Source of the DNA: an archaeon
GTDB lineage: Archaea; Nanobdellota; Nanobdellia; Woesearchaeales; UBA9642
Length of the DNA: 16,307 nt
Direction: 5' to 3'
Assembly: GCA_043806035.1 (NCBI GenBank)
Contig: JAZDHK010000038.1
Location: 1-16,307, forward strand
Shown here: positions 15,998 to 16,307 of the stretch, in pieces
Layout of the letters: the number at the start of each line of letters is the position of its first letter
How positions within the stretch are numbered: position 1 is the first letter of the stretch
Notes under the pieces: generated by a model
Seen by the model: the letters and a program-made list of their open reading frames with translations, nothing else
Told to the model about the DNA's origin: nothing
Database searches by the model: none
Made by a program: the position numbers and the translations under genes

Positions 15998-16307
15998 ATG
16001 GCATTCAACAACAACAGCTCGCTCGTCGGATTCATCACGCAAGACTACTCCGCAGAGGAGATCATCGCATTCGACACGCAGCAGCTTGAAAATATCGGCG
16101 GCAGCTTCGACGCCATCGCCGACCGCATGCGGGCAATCCTCAACTACGCAAAGACTGCACCTAAGGAAAAATTCGGGAAGCTCATCACGCCGAGCTTCGA
16201 TGAAATTGTTGAAATAACATTCTATGCTGGCACGAAAGGATTCCAGCCCTGCCCGTTCGACGGTTGCGAAAGCACGTGGAACGACCATGCAGAAGTACTC
16301 GGAAGAT
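15998..16307 (+). CDS. Hypothetical protein, 3'-truncated and not in the ORF track
   Basis: ATG 15998 lies about 30 nt after AAGGTTTAAG. Open to the window end: MAFNNNSSLVGFITQDYSAEEIIAFDTQQLENIGGSFDAIADRMRAILNYAK...GTKGFQPCPFDGCESTWNDHAEVLGR. Confidence 0.8.
   Translation, partial: MAFNNNSSLVGFITQDYSAEEIIAFDTQQLENIGGSFDAIADRMRAILNYAKTAPKEKFGKLITPSFDEIVEITFYAGTKGFQPCPFDGCESTWNDHAEVLGR

Noticed and set aside
1817-16288. Long antisense ORFs in the track (for example 1817-2644, 5102-5584, 13934-14566, 15108-15839, 15950-16288)
   Set aside because: They are shadows of motif-supported genes on the opposite strand and have no motifs or start signals of their own.

Overview
This looks like a compact chromosomal segment from an archaeon, most likely a DPANN (Woesearchaeota-like) lineage. 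That lineage call is an inference from GGTGA ribosome-binding sites, TATA boxes about 30 nt upstream of many starts, a tRNA-Arg with the archaeal GCG anticodon, an Nre repair protein and several unfamiliar short ORFs. In order, the window holds: a three-gene operon (5'-truncated hypothetical protein, coiled-coil protein, large AP-endonuclease-2/xylose-isomerase-like TIM barrel); a small orphan gene; a ~130-nt structured intergenic element; a nucleotidyltransferase-HEPN fusion; an Ig-rich membrane-anchored surface protein; two tandem paralogous hypothetical proteins; tRNA-Arg(GCG) and tRNA-Arg(CCG) flanking a GNAT and a YdeN-like hydrolase; a membrane protein; a CoA-binding protein; two coupled micro-ORFs divergent from a multi-pass membrane protein plus winged-HTH regulator; nreA; a DHH/DHHA1 phosphoesterase; a hypothetical protein; a MoxR/ChlI-type AAA+ ATPase with a vWA partner; and a 3'-truncated ORF absent from the ORF track. 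The best candidates for new biology are the structured RNA-like element (3693-3821) beside the MNT-HEPN gene and the micropeptide/membrane protein/wHTH module (9603-10837). I saw no CRISPR array, rRNA, integrase or transposase.
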